From: Candidatus Nomurabacteria bacterium
GTDB taxonomy: Bacteria > Patescibacteriota > WWE3 > UBA101185 > UBA10185
Reading direction: 5' to 3'
Length of the DNA stretch: 64,000 nucleotides
NCBI GenBank assembly: GCA_020631855.1
Contig: JACKGU010000001.1
Location: 363,118-427,117 of the forward strand
The position numbers were made by a program, and so were the translations under genes. The notes under the pieces were generated by a model, which had not been told where the DNA came from, did not search any database, and saw nothing but the letters and a program-made list of their open reading frames with translations. How positions within the stretch are numbered: position 1 is the first letter of the stretch; each line of letters opens with the position of its first letter. Shown here one piece after another: positions 19,301 to 28,635 of the stretch.

Positions 19301-20516
19301 CGGAGACATTGCCGGACTCTGTATCCCAAGTGCCTTGATAACAATGCAAACCTACGCCTCTAATGGGGGCGTCTACCTTCATTCTATTTCCGTCAAGTGT
19401 GTCACGAACCGGATTAAGGTTTGTAACCTTTCCCCTTATAGTTACTTTTACATCAAATGGGTCGGTCTTCACCATACAACCATTTGGAAAACAGTCTCCG
19501 TTAATATCCCACCAACACTCCGATTCGGGCTCGTTAGGCCCGGCTATTGCATAAACCGTACCACTGGCTCCGGCGTTCACCAACTCCAAAAAAGCCAGAT
19601 ACTCCTCGGGGGTTTCAAAAGCCGAGCCGGTCAGATCTCCAATTCTAATTATTGGCGTAGCGCCCTTAGCTATTGCAGCATTTACAGCTTGAATTGTAGA
19701 AGACGCATCTGCGTCCGTTGAAATTTCGACAGTATAACCTAAGCCTGCCGACCCTACACCGTCATAAAAATAGCTCGGGGCTGGGGTGTAAGCGGCTGAG
19801 TGCGCTCCAACCTTCGAACAATCCTCATTTCCGTCTGGCCCGGGACACAATGACCTTACCGCCTCGCCCGTAACACCTCCATTGCTACCTACTGACCCAG
19901 TCGACAAAGAATGATAGAAGAAGCCCTCCGGATAACTTGCGGCGTTGCCGGTATTAAAAATGTTAAATAAAATAGTAGCCTCAATGATTGGATCTCCCTG
20001 AAGCTGAACTAGCTGCTGCTGCAATTCAGCTATAGTTTCTGGCCTATCTCTAACCTGTCTAAGGGGCGGATACCAGCCTGCCTCGGTGATAATAATCCTT
20101 TTATTTGGAACAAGACTTTTTAAACGTCCCACGTATTCCGTAATTGTACCTTGAAGCTCAGCCCCTGAATTGTATGTGTTGTATGCGTTGCCCGACAGAG
20201 CGTAAAAATCATTTAAGCTGTAGGGGGCAAGGGATGCATCCATTTCCAAAACAATAGATTGTAATAAACTTTCAGGAGCTGTTAAATTAAATGTAGGAGA
20301 TAGTAACTCAATATTATTCAGCTGACCTGCATTTTTAGCCGCCAACAAAGGCTTAGCAAAACTTGCGATTCCCCTGCCTACACACTCTGCTGTAGCAGTA
20401 GACACATTTCCGCCCGCATTAGACCTTAGGGCACCAAACCAAAAAGAAAAACCCAGCGAAGTAACAAATATAAGGGTTAATACTAACTTGTTTTGTAAAA
20501 ATTTGAGCGCAGCCAT
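16350..20516 (-). CDS. giant secreted/surface protein (1388 aa), Cys-rich C-terminal two-thirds; N-terminal region carries glycoside-hydrolase clan GH-A-like motifs
   Basis: Signal peptide/TM at the N-terminus; IIITEAGW (TExG-like) at about residue 147 and GPNEPE (NEP-like) at about residue 330; more than 60 Cys in the C-terminal region. Confidence 0.7.
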   Translation of the reverse strand: MAALKFLQNKLVLTLIFVTSLGFSFWFGALRSNAGGNVSTATAECVGRGIASFAKPLLAAKNAGQLNNIELLSPTFNLTAPESLLQSIVLEMDASLAPYSLNDFYALSGNAYNTYNSGAELQGTITEYVGRLKSLVPNKRIIITEAGWYPPLRQVRDRPETIAELQQQLVQLQGDPIIEATILFNIFNTGNAASYPEGFFYHSLSTGSVGSNGGVTGEAVRSLCPGPDGNEDCSKVGAHSAAYTPAPSYFYDGVGSAGLGYTVEISTDADASSTIQAVNAAIAKGATPIIRIGDLTGSAFETPEEYLAFLELVNAGASGTVYAIAGPNEPESECWWDINGDCFPNGCMVKTDPFDVKVTIRGKVTNLNPVRDTLDGNRMKVDAPIRGVGLHCYQGTWDTESGNVSGFVDWDASTTTDGDGNYEIQCTRKADGGSFNNSVYLLLTCEEDDQVVDAWSVDLSNNVVEMNHKISCSDLNYDRPAVAPLTFSLQKLYNEKQPLACFGDENSTPAELNLSGSSEIALGYRREAYVGREGADGSYDNKDVGFVNGVPTRLPYSVQPSKEDLEGRDSTTGLGAKVTENPFGSYRGEEDRQVDPFVEGTEEERLAKLPLCENIEACNRLVIPETNEKPSQSMNTCYNYSVTMQLPNALESLHEVAKIANPAVCKDGTNYKYYNDFPNPFDDGVPSSSFSEYPVLAVLSAIDTTVYGQAFYENTKDSADCILTDGNPDIACSRKARLDDNEVEQDMKSYNMLPIIPSGVPETNLFASEMYASEKVAQDMGLKGPLGAVRLLPGLPFGLDENGVRIPQLMPGPDTGIIRSGKGHYQIGKPYLLCSCNFVDGACEEKLYEWDSKTKGDVKSPFTSGYRYLTKDPSLISWLQRFFFLITFHTLFADQEKIDFAGSVSGQGALGAYSTEYVDVVSKFGGPTMDNWDPSMIGSECLPFVDMAAGQSCDIREDWCEVSQCTSVPETACDTYGWDAVCTGISPATSYQCIFRKATVYNPDGLSQCRGDIVGPYTGIMYAPEDPTHPKEISAATELAALTFRLPSQEAYRTGSMTFHDIDPQNLLSDYDKERYAMNSGGSGVTTLQNVSSYVKVPNSTSYSGMEAPELVDKGDDGTGTTPPPPGFDGKCNGSVFASTFLKNAPNLSPTTSDVPNVSPQVEGVYAALEDVTGLACEIFAGLHYNETGGTNAPNRSIISGRVLGENEPDVGKTYPPCEEGDTTFESCLPGLYESGVDAARIFIAHSGTSASNLDYYSSVRAFSRYTSPFYKNCGHKLTQYNDPYVVYPGFAQYCSDPLPYEGYDNLPLNLIDSEHSNMGLMSCGFHPDFGNYVDICPIEPEINYNNDPPTGPDGEDLIGPFDQWFRMGSATAAYRWYQAVTSSRAER

Positions 20517-20661
20517 TCACAACTATTATACATCAAAGCTCGTGCGTGGAGTAAAAATACTAAGAAATAATTTTTATGTTAATATTGTTAGCATGAGACC
20601 AAAAACTTTTGTCTACACTTTCATAAAATCAATATTTAATTTGCAATACTATAACGACATA

Positions 20662-21456
20662 ATGAAAGCAAAAGTATCCTTTTCAATAAGATACTACTTA
20701 ATGCTTACCCTTTTATTGTCTTTGGGATATGCTGTAGTTACAACTACAAATACCGGACCGGTAGTAATTGAAAAATATTACGAAGTACGTAACGAAGCTT
20801 TAAAATACTACCCCGATGATTTATCTATAATAGGGGAAGACGGGGTTGTCACGACAAATCAGGGGGATCCTTACTTCTTCCCGCTTCCTAAAGAAATAGA
20901 ACTTGGAGACGGCGAGATGCTTAAAAATGCGATAGTTTTTTCTAAACAAGGAACAATCGAAGACATATTCAACTATGAAAGCTTCGCACTGGTTAACAGT
21001 AAAAATATAATCTACCGAAGTAGCCCCGGTACAAATAACAAACTTGAAATAGAACCCACTAAAAACTTAGGTAATTTTACATTTACGAAGGCCGACTTAG
21101 AGAAAGCGGCTCAATACGTAGATACCTACATAAAATACACCTACGCAATAATTGGAGTAAGTGTTTTTATAGCATTCGCTTTATTTATGTTGCTATGGAT
21201 AATGACAGGAAATGTTATTTTATCTGCAATAATGACCGTGGCAAGCAAACTTATGAACAAAAAACTACCATTTGAAAAAGCCTTTCAAATTGCACTTCAT
21301 ACGGCCACACTTCCTCTTATTGTGGGGGCTCTTATTGATGCCTTTGGAATATGGATGCCTATAAGTTTCTGGTTTTCGGGACTGCATTTTCTTTTAGCAT
21401 TGATAATAATATTGAATTTAAAAGAAGAGGCACAAACTTCGCCTGCGCAAGCTTAA
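20662..21456 (+). CDS. hypothetical membrane protein
   Basis: The start is taken at the internal Met (MKAKVSF) preceding the first TM helix. The track ORF begins at 20488 inside the divergent promoter region. Confidence 0.45.
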   Translation: MKAKVSFSIRYYLMLTLLLSLGYAVVTTTNTGPVVIEKYYEVRNEALKYYPDDLSIIGEDGVVTTNQGDPYFFPLPKEIELGDGEMLKNAIVFSKQGTIEDIFNYESFALVNSKNIIYRSSPGTNNKLEIEPTKNLGNFTFTKADLEKAAQYVDTYIKYTYAIIGVSVFIAFALFMLLWIMTGNVILSAIMTVASKLMNKKLPFEKAFQIALHTATLPLIVGALIDAFGIWMPISFWFSGLHFLLALIIILNLKEEAQTSPAQA

Positions 21457-21634
21457 AAGAAATAATCGAAAATAAGAGATTGATATAGGTGTTTAAAGGA
21501 GAAAATCTCAGATCTTTTGTGAAAAGGGCACTGCATTGAAAAACATAACAACAGTGTGTTAATATTCTGTACAGTTTTGAACACTCGGCCCGTACGTAAC
21601 AACTACACAAGGCCGCAAAAAACTTTACGAGCGG

Positions 21635-21709
21635 TCCCCTGTAGCTCAATGGTAGAGCGCCCGGCTGTTAACCGGTAGGTTGGTGGTTCGAGTCCACCCG
21701 GGGGAGCCA
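21635..21709 (+). tRNA. tRNA-Asn (anticodon GUU), CCA encoded
   Basis: U1-A72 acceptor (UCCCCUG/CGGGGGA), D-arm GCUC-AAUGGUA-GAGC, anticodon loop CUGUUAA, T-loop UUCGAGU, and a G discriminator followed by CCA. Confidence 0.8.
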
Positions 21710-22945
21710 AGTAGAATCAGTAGGCTCAGAAACACCATATTTAGCTGTGACAGCAACTAAATCCACTGGTTCTAACCGTCTATTTTTCACATATTCAGGA
21801 TTTTTACCCTCCTTGAATATCAAGAAGGGTTTTTCCAAGTCAATACACAGTTTTCTGTTATTAAGCATGAGGTTCTGACCAAGTAAAGATAAGATTTCTC
21901 TTTTAACAGTAAGTCCGCCATTTTCAAATCTCTCACGAACACTTGTAGCAAAGTTGAATACATCTTCAATCTTTTTGAGATATGCCTCTCTATTTTGTTC
22001 ATCTGCACTTAGTTCATCTTTAAGCTCGTCTCGTTTAGCTTTTACTTCAACTTTAATGTCTAGGTACTCTTCGCTAGAAATCTCATTATTCATACGCATG
22101 GTCAACAAATCTGCCAACTGCTTCTCTAGTCTTTTATATTCTTTTTGTTTTGATTCCAAGATTTGAAGAGAAGTTTCAGATTCGGTTTTACTCTTTTCAG
22201 TGAGGTATTTAACCGCCCAATCACGAAACTCAATTGGTATTTCGATTGATGACACCAACTCTATTATCTGCTCTTCTAAATCTAATAATGTTATAGATTT
22301 TTGCTTGCATTTAACGTGGGGTTTTCTTTTGGAACAATGATAGTAATCATATATGCCTATATTGCCCGTTTTAGGATAGTGCTTTTCCTTATGTGTTGCC
22401 GTTATAGCACACCCACATTCAGCACAATGTATCAGACCCGTATAAAGATGTACGTGTGTCTTTGGTTTTCGTTTAAGCTTTCTGCTCAGGATTTCTTGCA
22501 CCGAGTTAAATTCCTTTTTGGTCACCATTTTGGGGTGTTCACCTTTCCGTAACTGACCCTTATACCTAAAGTAACCATAATAAAAGGGGTTACTGAAAAT
22601 GTCATATAATCCTGATTTAGATATAGGTTTGCCACCAGATTTTTTTCTCTTAATAGAGCGGTAATTCCATTGGTTATTAGCAATTTCAAGTATTTCAGGA
22701 ACTGTATATGCTCCTGTAAGCATCAAATCCCACATTTTCCTTACCAAATCGAAGCGTTCTTGGTCTTTAATGATGGTGTTTTTACCTTTTTCCTTATACA
22801 TTGTGTTTAGATAACCCGCAGGAGCAACAGAAGGTAACCACCCTTTTTCAACTTTGGATTCTAGACCATCTGCAACTCTTTCCCCTTTTACATCATTCTC
22901 AAATTTAGCATTAAGCATGTTGTATTGGAGCATTAAGATTCCCAT
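21668..22945 (-). pseudogene. 5'-truncated large serine recombinase (lacks catalytic resolvase domain); C-terminal 14 codons antisense to tRNA-Asn
   Basis: It aligns with residues from about 150 onward of the intact recombinase at 60434..62047 (GWLPSVAPAGY vs LSPTPKYGY; FSNPFYYGYF vs FRDPFYYGVL). Zn-ribbon cysteines CAECGC...HC and a coiled coil are present. The resolvase domain and its catalytic serine (conserved RSxE/DQ context) are absent. Confidence 0.65.
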
Positions 22946-24755
22946 TGGCGTGGCTTCAATCGCCTTTTTAGTATCAATAGGATACGGGCTTCAAGATTTG
23001 GTAATTTCACGAGTAGCGCGATTAGACGAAATGCAACAAGCTGAAATCTACTCCCCTCCAGCAAGTAATACAAAAATAAACGACGAGTCAATAGCAAAAA
23101 TAGCAAATGTCCAAAATGTAGAAAAAGTTTTACCTCTTATTACTCTAGTAGCGAAAGTTAACTATAATAACTCAATTTCCGACATGGCGGTATACGCTGT
23201 AACAAGCGACTATCTTGAACAATCTGCAATAAAACCTGTTAAAGGAAAAATATTCGACAACGATTTAACAAGCTTTAATCTCACTGAAGAAGATGAAAAT
23301 AAAGAGGAAGTGGCCGGGGCATCGAGCTCCCGTCAAGGCGGTGAACAGGGTGGAGAAATTTCTGCATCTCAAAACAATAATCTTAATGAGGGTCTGACGA
23401 ATATTGAAGTCGGAAAAAGAATTACAGAAGCAGAAATTTCAATATTTCCTGAAACTTGGGTTAGAGTGAGAGAAAAACCTTCCTTAGACAGCAAAATTTT
23501 AGGCTACACTAAAAGACCCGAAGGAAAGCAAACAGGCTACGAGGTCTGGGGAAACTCCTACCCGGATAATATAAACGGAACAATACAGGCTGCTGACGGC
23601 AAGGTATACGGCAAATGGGTTGAATCAAAAGTATTTTTATGGGAAGAAAAAAATAACGGCTATATTCAAGTTATTGATGAGCAAGGAAGTCAAGTACAAA
23701 AAACAGGATTTATGGCCGAAGTTAATTTAGGATTGCAGCGTTATACTCTGGAAAGACAGCCCGAAGTACTTGCAGAGGCCGACACAAGGGCCGTAACTGA
23801 TTCTACGGAAACACAAACAGATTCGCAAATAACTACAGGCACCGGGCAGGCTGCGGCAGAAGATGCAACTACTTACGAGGATTTAAAATTTGACGGAACA
23901 GACTGGATACTAATAGAAGAAGGGAATAAGACTGAACAGATTGAGAGAGTACAAGTTTCCGAAAAGGCCACAAGAGAAGCAGTAGCTAATACTGCGATGT
24001 TAGATGTTTTGGGACTAACAGAGTCCGAGGCAATAGGAAAAGAAATAGAAGTTTCTTTTATTGTTACCGCATCATTATTAGAGCCGGGGGCGGCTAAAAT
24101 AGAGTCTGTACCAACTAAATATAAAATTATTGGGGTCGTACCCCAAAAAGATGCACCATATTTTTATGTACCTTTTATAGATATTAGAAGCCTGGGAGTA
24201 ATGAATTATTCACAAGCAAAAATAATTGTGCAGGATCAGCAAAGCCTTACAGATGTAAGGAAAAAGATTGAGGCGATGGGTTTTGAAACCACATCAGTTG
24301 TAGACACAGTAGAGCAAATAAATACACTTTTTGCGACACTTAGAAAAATGCTGGCGCTTGCAGGAACCGTGGCACTAAGCGTTGCCGCACTGGGGATGTT
24401 TAATACTCTAACTGTTTCTCTTTTGGAAAGAACCAGGGAAATAGGACTTATGAAAGCAATGGGAATGAAATCTTTTGAAGTTAAGGAGCTGTTTTTAACA
24501 GAATCTATGATAATGGGAGTTTTCGGAGGAATTATAGGCGTATCCTTAGGCGCACTCGCCGGAGAGTTACTTGGGTTTATCATTTCAATATTTTCTATTT
24601 CGAAAGGTTTGGGGTATATTGATGTAGCATCAATGCCCGTCGGATTTACGCTGTTTGTGCTTTCCCTTTCATTAATAGTTGGGACTCTAACAGGAATCTA
24701 TCCCGCCCGCAGAGCCACAAATATATCAGCACTTAACGCAATGAGGTACGAATAG
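22917..24755 (+). CDS. ABC transporter permease, FtsX/MacB-like with large extracytoplasmic domain
   Basis: N-terminal TM IPIGVASIAFLVSIGYG and a long periplasmic region. The C-terminus has 3 TM helices (LAGTVALSVAALGMFNTLTVSLLERTREIGLMKAMGM...). The start was moved to the internal Met, which overlaps the recombinase fragment by 29 nt. Confidence 0.65.
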   Translation: MLYWSIKIPIGVASIAFLVSIGYGLQDLVISRVARLDEMQQAEIYSPPASNTKINDESIAKIANVQNVEKVLPLITLVAKVNYNNSISDMAVYAVTSDYLEQSAIKPVKGKIFDNDLTSFNLTEEDENKEEVAGASSSRQGGEQGGEISASQNNNLNEGLTNIEVGKRITEAEISIFPETWVRVREKPSLDSKILGYTKRPEGKQTGYEVWGNSYPDNINGTIQAADGKVYGKWVESKVFLWEEKNNGYIQVIDEQGSQVQKTGFMAEVNLGLQRYTLERQPEVLAEADTRAVTDSTETQTDSQITTGTGQAAAEDATTYEDLKFDGTDWILIEEGNKTEQIERVQVSEKATREAVANTAMLDVLGLTESEAIGKEIEVSFIVTASLLEPGAAKIESVPTKYKIIGVVPQKDAPYFYVPFIDIRSLGVMNYSQAKIIVQDQQSLTDVRKKIEAMGFETTSVVDTVEQINTLFATLRKMLALAGTVALSVAALGMFNTLTVSLLERTREIGLMKAMGMKSFEVKELFLTESMIMGVFGGIIGVSLGALAGELLGFIISIFSISKGLGYIDVASMPVGFTLFVLSLSLIVGTLTGIYPARRATNISALNAMRYE

Positions 24756-24790
24756 TACCTCTCTAAGAAAATTTATTGGAGGGGCTAAAA

Positions 24791-25360
24791 TTACTCCCCT
24801 AAAATTATGATGGCAACTTTCCGGGCCAGCTCTTTCAACTGCTCGTTGTCTGCAGTGTTTGGCGTTCTATCAACACGCACAAACTTGTTCGGCGTCATTA
24901 CTAAATAAATAGCGTTAATATTTCCGTCATCTTGCATTGCAATAAAATGTTCCATAGGAATGGAGGAGTCTGTTTCGATAGATCTTCCAGCAATCTTGTG
25001 TCCTTCTTTTTGAGTGTCTGCAGACAAGTAAGAAACTTGAACGAGGATGTGTTCATAACGTGCTTTGTTTGTGAAATATGTGCAACCCGTGCCTGTACTT
25101 GTAGAGGAATCAGACACTTCCTGAATCGGTATGCCAATAATATCTGAAACCAGTTCTGAAGGAACTTCTTCACAAACCGAAAGCCCAAAAGAATCTTGGC
25201 CATCCATAGGTCTTTTAGCTACGTATTTTTGCGAACCTAATTGCTGTTCTTCAATTGTTACTGAGGTATTATTTTTTGGGGTTTGGCTAGTTTTAGAAAG
25301 TACAATAAGACCGAAAGATACAGCAACTAAAACTGCCCCCACGAGAATTATTTTTTTCAT
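24791..25360 (-). CDS. hypothetical secreted/lipoprotein-like protein
   Basis: 189 aa with N-terminal signal MKKIILVGAVLVAVSFG. Confidence 0.4.
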   Translation of the reverse strand: MKKIILVGAVLVAVSFGLIVLSKTSQTPKNNTSVTIEEQQLGSQKYVAKRPMDGQDSFGLSVCEEVPSELVSDIIGIPIQEVSDSSTSTGTGCTYFTNKARYEHILVQVSYLSADTQKEGHKIAGRSIETDSSIPMEHFIAMQDDGNINAIYLVMTPNKFVRVDRTPNTADNEQLKELARKVAIIILGE

Positions 25361-25407
25361 ATTCTGATTATATGCCGTTAATTTAAAAAAATATAGCGAG
25401 ACCGATT

Positions 25408-26775
25408 TTAGGGCTTTGGAAGTAATAGTTGATCTAGATCTTCAGGTGTCGGATTCTTGTAGTTAATTAGAACATACTGGGAAGGAGTGAACATATTTTC
25501 GTCCGCCACCCAATCTTCACATAAATTTTCTTGATCTTTAATAGCTGCTATCTCTGCATCAACGATTGATGCTACAGAAGAATACTGCGATTGAGTTTCT
25601 GCGGTATATTCTTCAGATGTTAATTTCCACACATAACTACCTGTTGCAGGAAGAGTTTCAAACTCCTCCCATATAAAATAGTCATCATTTACGTGCAGAA
25701 TATTTCTTGTAGGTCCGGAGTTAATATTACCGCCAATCGAAGAGACGTAATAGAAATATTCACCTGCTTCATGGTACTCAAAACTTTTATTGTTAGTACA
25801 AAGAAGGCCATTTTCGGGCATATTAGAAAAATCTATTTCATAGATTACAACATCCTCTTCACCAATGAGACTTGAGAATACGGATCTTTTTGGTTCTGTT
25901 TCATTCAAGCTTTTTCGATCCTTGTCACCATTCTCTCCGCCTAAATTCTGCTCCTCACTCATAACAGGCATTTCGGAAGTTTGCTGTTTCTTAGAATCAG
26001 ACCTTTCTTGCCAATAAGGAATAAGGGCCTTTGCAGATAAAAATCCTGCAGTAGTCATTAATAAAGCCAACAAAACTGCCCCCGCAATTGTAAATGCTTT
26101 TTTAATTGAGAAGCCTTCTTTATAAACTCCAAGCTCTACTTCGTTCTTTTCTTTAGGCCCAGGCTCTTGTTCGAAATTTCCTGCATAAGTATCTTCTGAC
26201 GTAAGCAAAGGTTCGCGATGTACCTCTTCTTCAGCGAGCGTGTTTCCCTGCTCCCCCTCAAGCTCGTCTTTCCCTTCTGTTGCCTCAGGACTTAACTCAA
26301 ATTCAGGTGCCGACTGAGTTTCTTCTGCGCCAACCTCCTTATTGTCTTCTACTCCGACGTTATTTTCAGGGGCATTTTCGAAATTATTATTATCGACACC
26401 GGGCTCAATGTTTGAGGCAGCTTTTTCATGTGGCTCAGTCTCAGGGTATTGAGGCCGTTTTGCAGAAAATTCTGCGTTTGGCGAAAAATTGTTGCGGTTT
26501 TCTACGGGCCCACTACTACCGTTGCTGAAGCCATCTCTTGTTATTGGCGGAATAGAGTTCTCCGAGGCTGTTTCTTGACGTGAAGTTAAGGGGTCGAATC
26601 TCTCGTTTGGAAGACTTGTTTCAGGAAAAACTCCGCCCTCACCTTGTAAAGAATGTGCTTCTGAATCTGGACTGGGCGACATAGCCGAGCTCTCCGAATT
26701 TGCTCCTAGTGGGGCTTCGAGATTTTTGTTTGGGCCCTCATTTTCCGGAACTATGATGTCTTCTTTTTCAGCCAT
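25408..26775 (-). CDS. bitopic membrane protein with disordered acidic/Pro-Ser-rich N-terminal half and extracytoplasmic C-terminal domain
   Basis: Low-complexity residues 1-220, a single TM (AFTIAGAVLLALLMTTAGFL), and a C-terminal globular region. Confidence 0.45.
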   Translation of the reverse strand: MAEKEDIIVPENEGPNKNLEAPLGANSESSAMSPSPDSEAHSLQGEGGVFPETSLPNERFDPLTSRQETASENSIPPITRDGFSNGSSGPVENRNNFSPNAEFSAKRPQYPETEPHEKAASNIEPGVDNNNFENAPENNVGVEDNKEVGAEETQSAPEFELSPEATEGKDELEGEQGNTLAEEEVHREPLLTSEDTYAGNFEQEPGPKEKNEVELGVYKEGFSIKKAFTIAGAVLLALLMTTAGFLSAKALIPYWQERSDSKKQQTSEMPVMSEEQNLGGENGDKDRKSLNETEPKRSVFSSLIGEEDVVIYEIDFSNMPENGLLCTNNKSFEYHEAGEYFYYVSSIGGNINSGPTRNILHVNDDYFIWEEFETLPATGSYVWKLTSEEYTAETQSQYSSVASIVDAEIAAIKDQENLCEDWVADENMFTPSQYVLINYKNPTPEDLDQLLLPKP

Positions 26776-26807
26776 AAATTAATTCTAACATAAATAAGTG
26801 CATTAAT

Positions 26808-26930
26808 TTTTATAATTTCGTTACTAAAACTACTTACATAAGCTAGTAGATGTGGTTTACCCAACATGTTGGGCTTTGCAACGCAAAGAAGGTACGGCAA
26901 ACCACTTGCGTAAGCTGGCAGTGTTTAATA
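26808..26930 (+). repeat. copy A of 120-nt intergenic repeat family
   Basis: TTTATAATTTCGTTACT...AAGCTAGTAGATG...CCCAACATGTTGGG (perfect 14-bp palindrome)...GCAAACCACTTGCGTAAGCTGG. It sits between the stop of 26942..28624 and the start of 25408..26775. Confidence 0.6.
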
Positions 26931-26941
26931 TCAGCAGAAAA

Positions 26942-28624
26942 TTACTGATTCTGAGGAAACTTGTAACTAACTGTTTCCAATAATTCGGAGAAAACCTCAT
27001 CCAGCTTTCCCGGAACTTCTTCACTTTTTACAAGTACCACAACTCGATTTGAATCCGAAATATAACTAAAATAAATCTCTCCCCACCAAGCATAATTAGT
27101 TAAATGAGTCCAGACAAAACCGTTTACTTCAAAAGTCTCATCTGAAACTTCCGGTTCAATTCCTACCACAACCCTATACTCCTCTTTTAGAAGTTCTTTT
27201 TGTTCGGCCATAAAACTTTCGTACGTCTCATCGTTTTTTAAGGTAAGTGAATAAGCAGCAAGGCCGTTGAAAACAGCCTGGTCATCTTCGCCAATACTTA
27301 ATGGGTCCACCGCTACAAAATACTTTGTAACCTCGCCTGCAATTGGCCCCCTAAGATTACAACACGTATCGTCCCAATCAGAAGGATAGCTAACAGCAAG
27401 TTCCGGATTGCCATGGACAATCTTTGTCCAGGTATCTTTTGGCTCAGGAGCAATTATGTTTGTAAATTTAAAAGCCTCGCGAATTAGGTCCGTCTGTGCC
27501 TGATAGCGCTGTTTAAAACCAACATCGCCTCTGTATGCTTGGGCAATTTCATACATGTTTGATCCCTTTATTAAGAAGGTTTCAACATAATTTACATTAC
27601 AATTATCCACAACAAAAGTTTTAGCCGGTTCTCCGGAAATCACAGCATCTTTGATATCTCCATATTCAGCAGTTGCAGGGCACAAACTTAGATAGCCCGA
27701 TCGCTTATTAAGTGCGATCTGAGCTAAATCGGTATTTAAAACATTTTTATACATTGTTATTTTTACCAAATAACCATCAGAGATATCCGTAGCCGTAGTT
27801 ATAGCTTCGTCTTGCTTTTCTCCCGCATAAGTTATCGTGTAAGTAACTGATTGTGCCGCCATATCAGAAGGTAACTTAAATAGAGTTTCTTTGGGGTAAT
27901 CTATTTGAAATTCGTATTCTCTGTTTACATAGGTCTTCCAGTCAGGATCGGGTTTGGAAGGAGTTTCGATTACAACAGGGGTTTCAGGATTTTCTGTCGG
28001 CAAGGGCTCGACGGCCCCCGGCTGTAGACTGGAGTTGTTATATAGATATACTAGAGACGACCCTAGACCAATAACAACAAAGGAAATTAGTAGAAATACG
28101 TATAGAGTTCGATTTGGCATAAAGCTGAATATTCTTCGGGATGGCTTGTTTTTTGATGTGGTTGTGGCGGCCGGCGCCCCAACAGCCCCCTCCCCATCTG
28201 CAGGAACGTATGGATTTTGAGCTTGAAAAGAAGAGCCTCCGTCGCCGGCCGCCGGATCTTCTTCACTTACCGTATCTAAAAAATGTGGGGCAACAGTACC
28301 ATCCTCAGAAACCTCTTCAGACAAAGCGCTGCCCCCTTCCAAAACCTGAGAAACAGGAACATCCTTACCCTCGTCACTAGCAGTACCGCTGTCTACTACA
28401 GGCGGCTCTTGCAATTTCGCACCTTGATCTTCAACAGAAATATTTTCAGCAACAGGGTGCGGGCCAGAATCTTCTGGTCCGGAAACCGTTTGGTCAACAA
28501 CGTTTTCTGGGATATTTTCTTGCTTTGCCGTACTACCCGAACGGGTAATTCCAGGATTATTGTTATCCGAGCTACCATCATCAAGAGGCTGGATCGGTAT
28601 TATATTGGGCTGTTCATCACTCAT
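26942..28624 (-). CDS. bitopic membrane protein with disordered N-terminal region and large extracytoplasmic domain
   Basis: 560 aa; acidic/Pro-rich N-terminus; a single TM (LYVFLLISFVVIGLGSSLVYLY). Confidence 0.45.
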   Translation of the reverse strand: MSDEQPNIIPIQPLDDGSSDNNNPGITRSGSTAKQENIPENVVDQTVSGPEDSGPHPVAENISVEDQGAKLQEPPVVDSGTASDEGKDVPVSQVLEGGSALSEEVSEDGTVAPHFLDTVSEEDPAAGDGGSSFQAQNPYVPADGEGAVGAPAATTTSKNKPSRRIFSFMPNRTLYVFLLISFVVIGLGSSLVYLYNNSSLQPGAVEPLPTENPETPVVIETPSKPDPDWKTYVNREYEFQIDYPKETLFKLPSDMAAQSVTYTITYAGEKQDEAITTATDISDGYLVKITMYKNVLNTDLAQIALNKRSGYLSLCPATAEYGDIKDAVISGEPAKTFVVDNCNVNYVETFLIKGSNMYEIAQAYRGDVGFKQRYQAQTDLIREAFKFTNIIAPEPKDTWTKIVHGNPELAVSYPSDWDDTCCNLRGPIAGEVTKYFVAVDPLSIGEDDQAVFNGLAAYSLTLKNDETYESFMAEQKELLKEEYRVVVGIEPEVSDETFEVNGFVWTHLTNYAWWGEIYFSYISDSNRVVVLVKSEEVPGKLDEVFSELLETVSYKFPQNQ

Positions 28625-28635
28625 GTAGTTATATT

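Noticed and set aside
17430-19721. Plus-strand ORFs 17430..17714, 19022..19213, 19242..19721, 19363..19554 inside the giant gene
   Set aside because: They are antisense to a continuous 4.2-kb minus-strand CDS that has a coherent signal peptide and domain structure. They have no start context and no motifs.
20488-20661. Upstream extension of ORF 20488..21456
   Set aside because: It runs through the divergent promoter region shared with the giant gene (start at 20516), and the first TM and signal segment follows the internal Met at 20662.
22854-22916. N-terminal 21 codons of track ORF 22854..24755
   Set aside because: This segment is antisense to the recombinase fragment and precedes the conserved TM1 motif (IPIGVASIAF) of FtsX/MacB permeases. 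The internal Met at 22917 gives a canonical short cytoplasmic tail.
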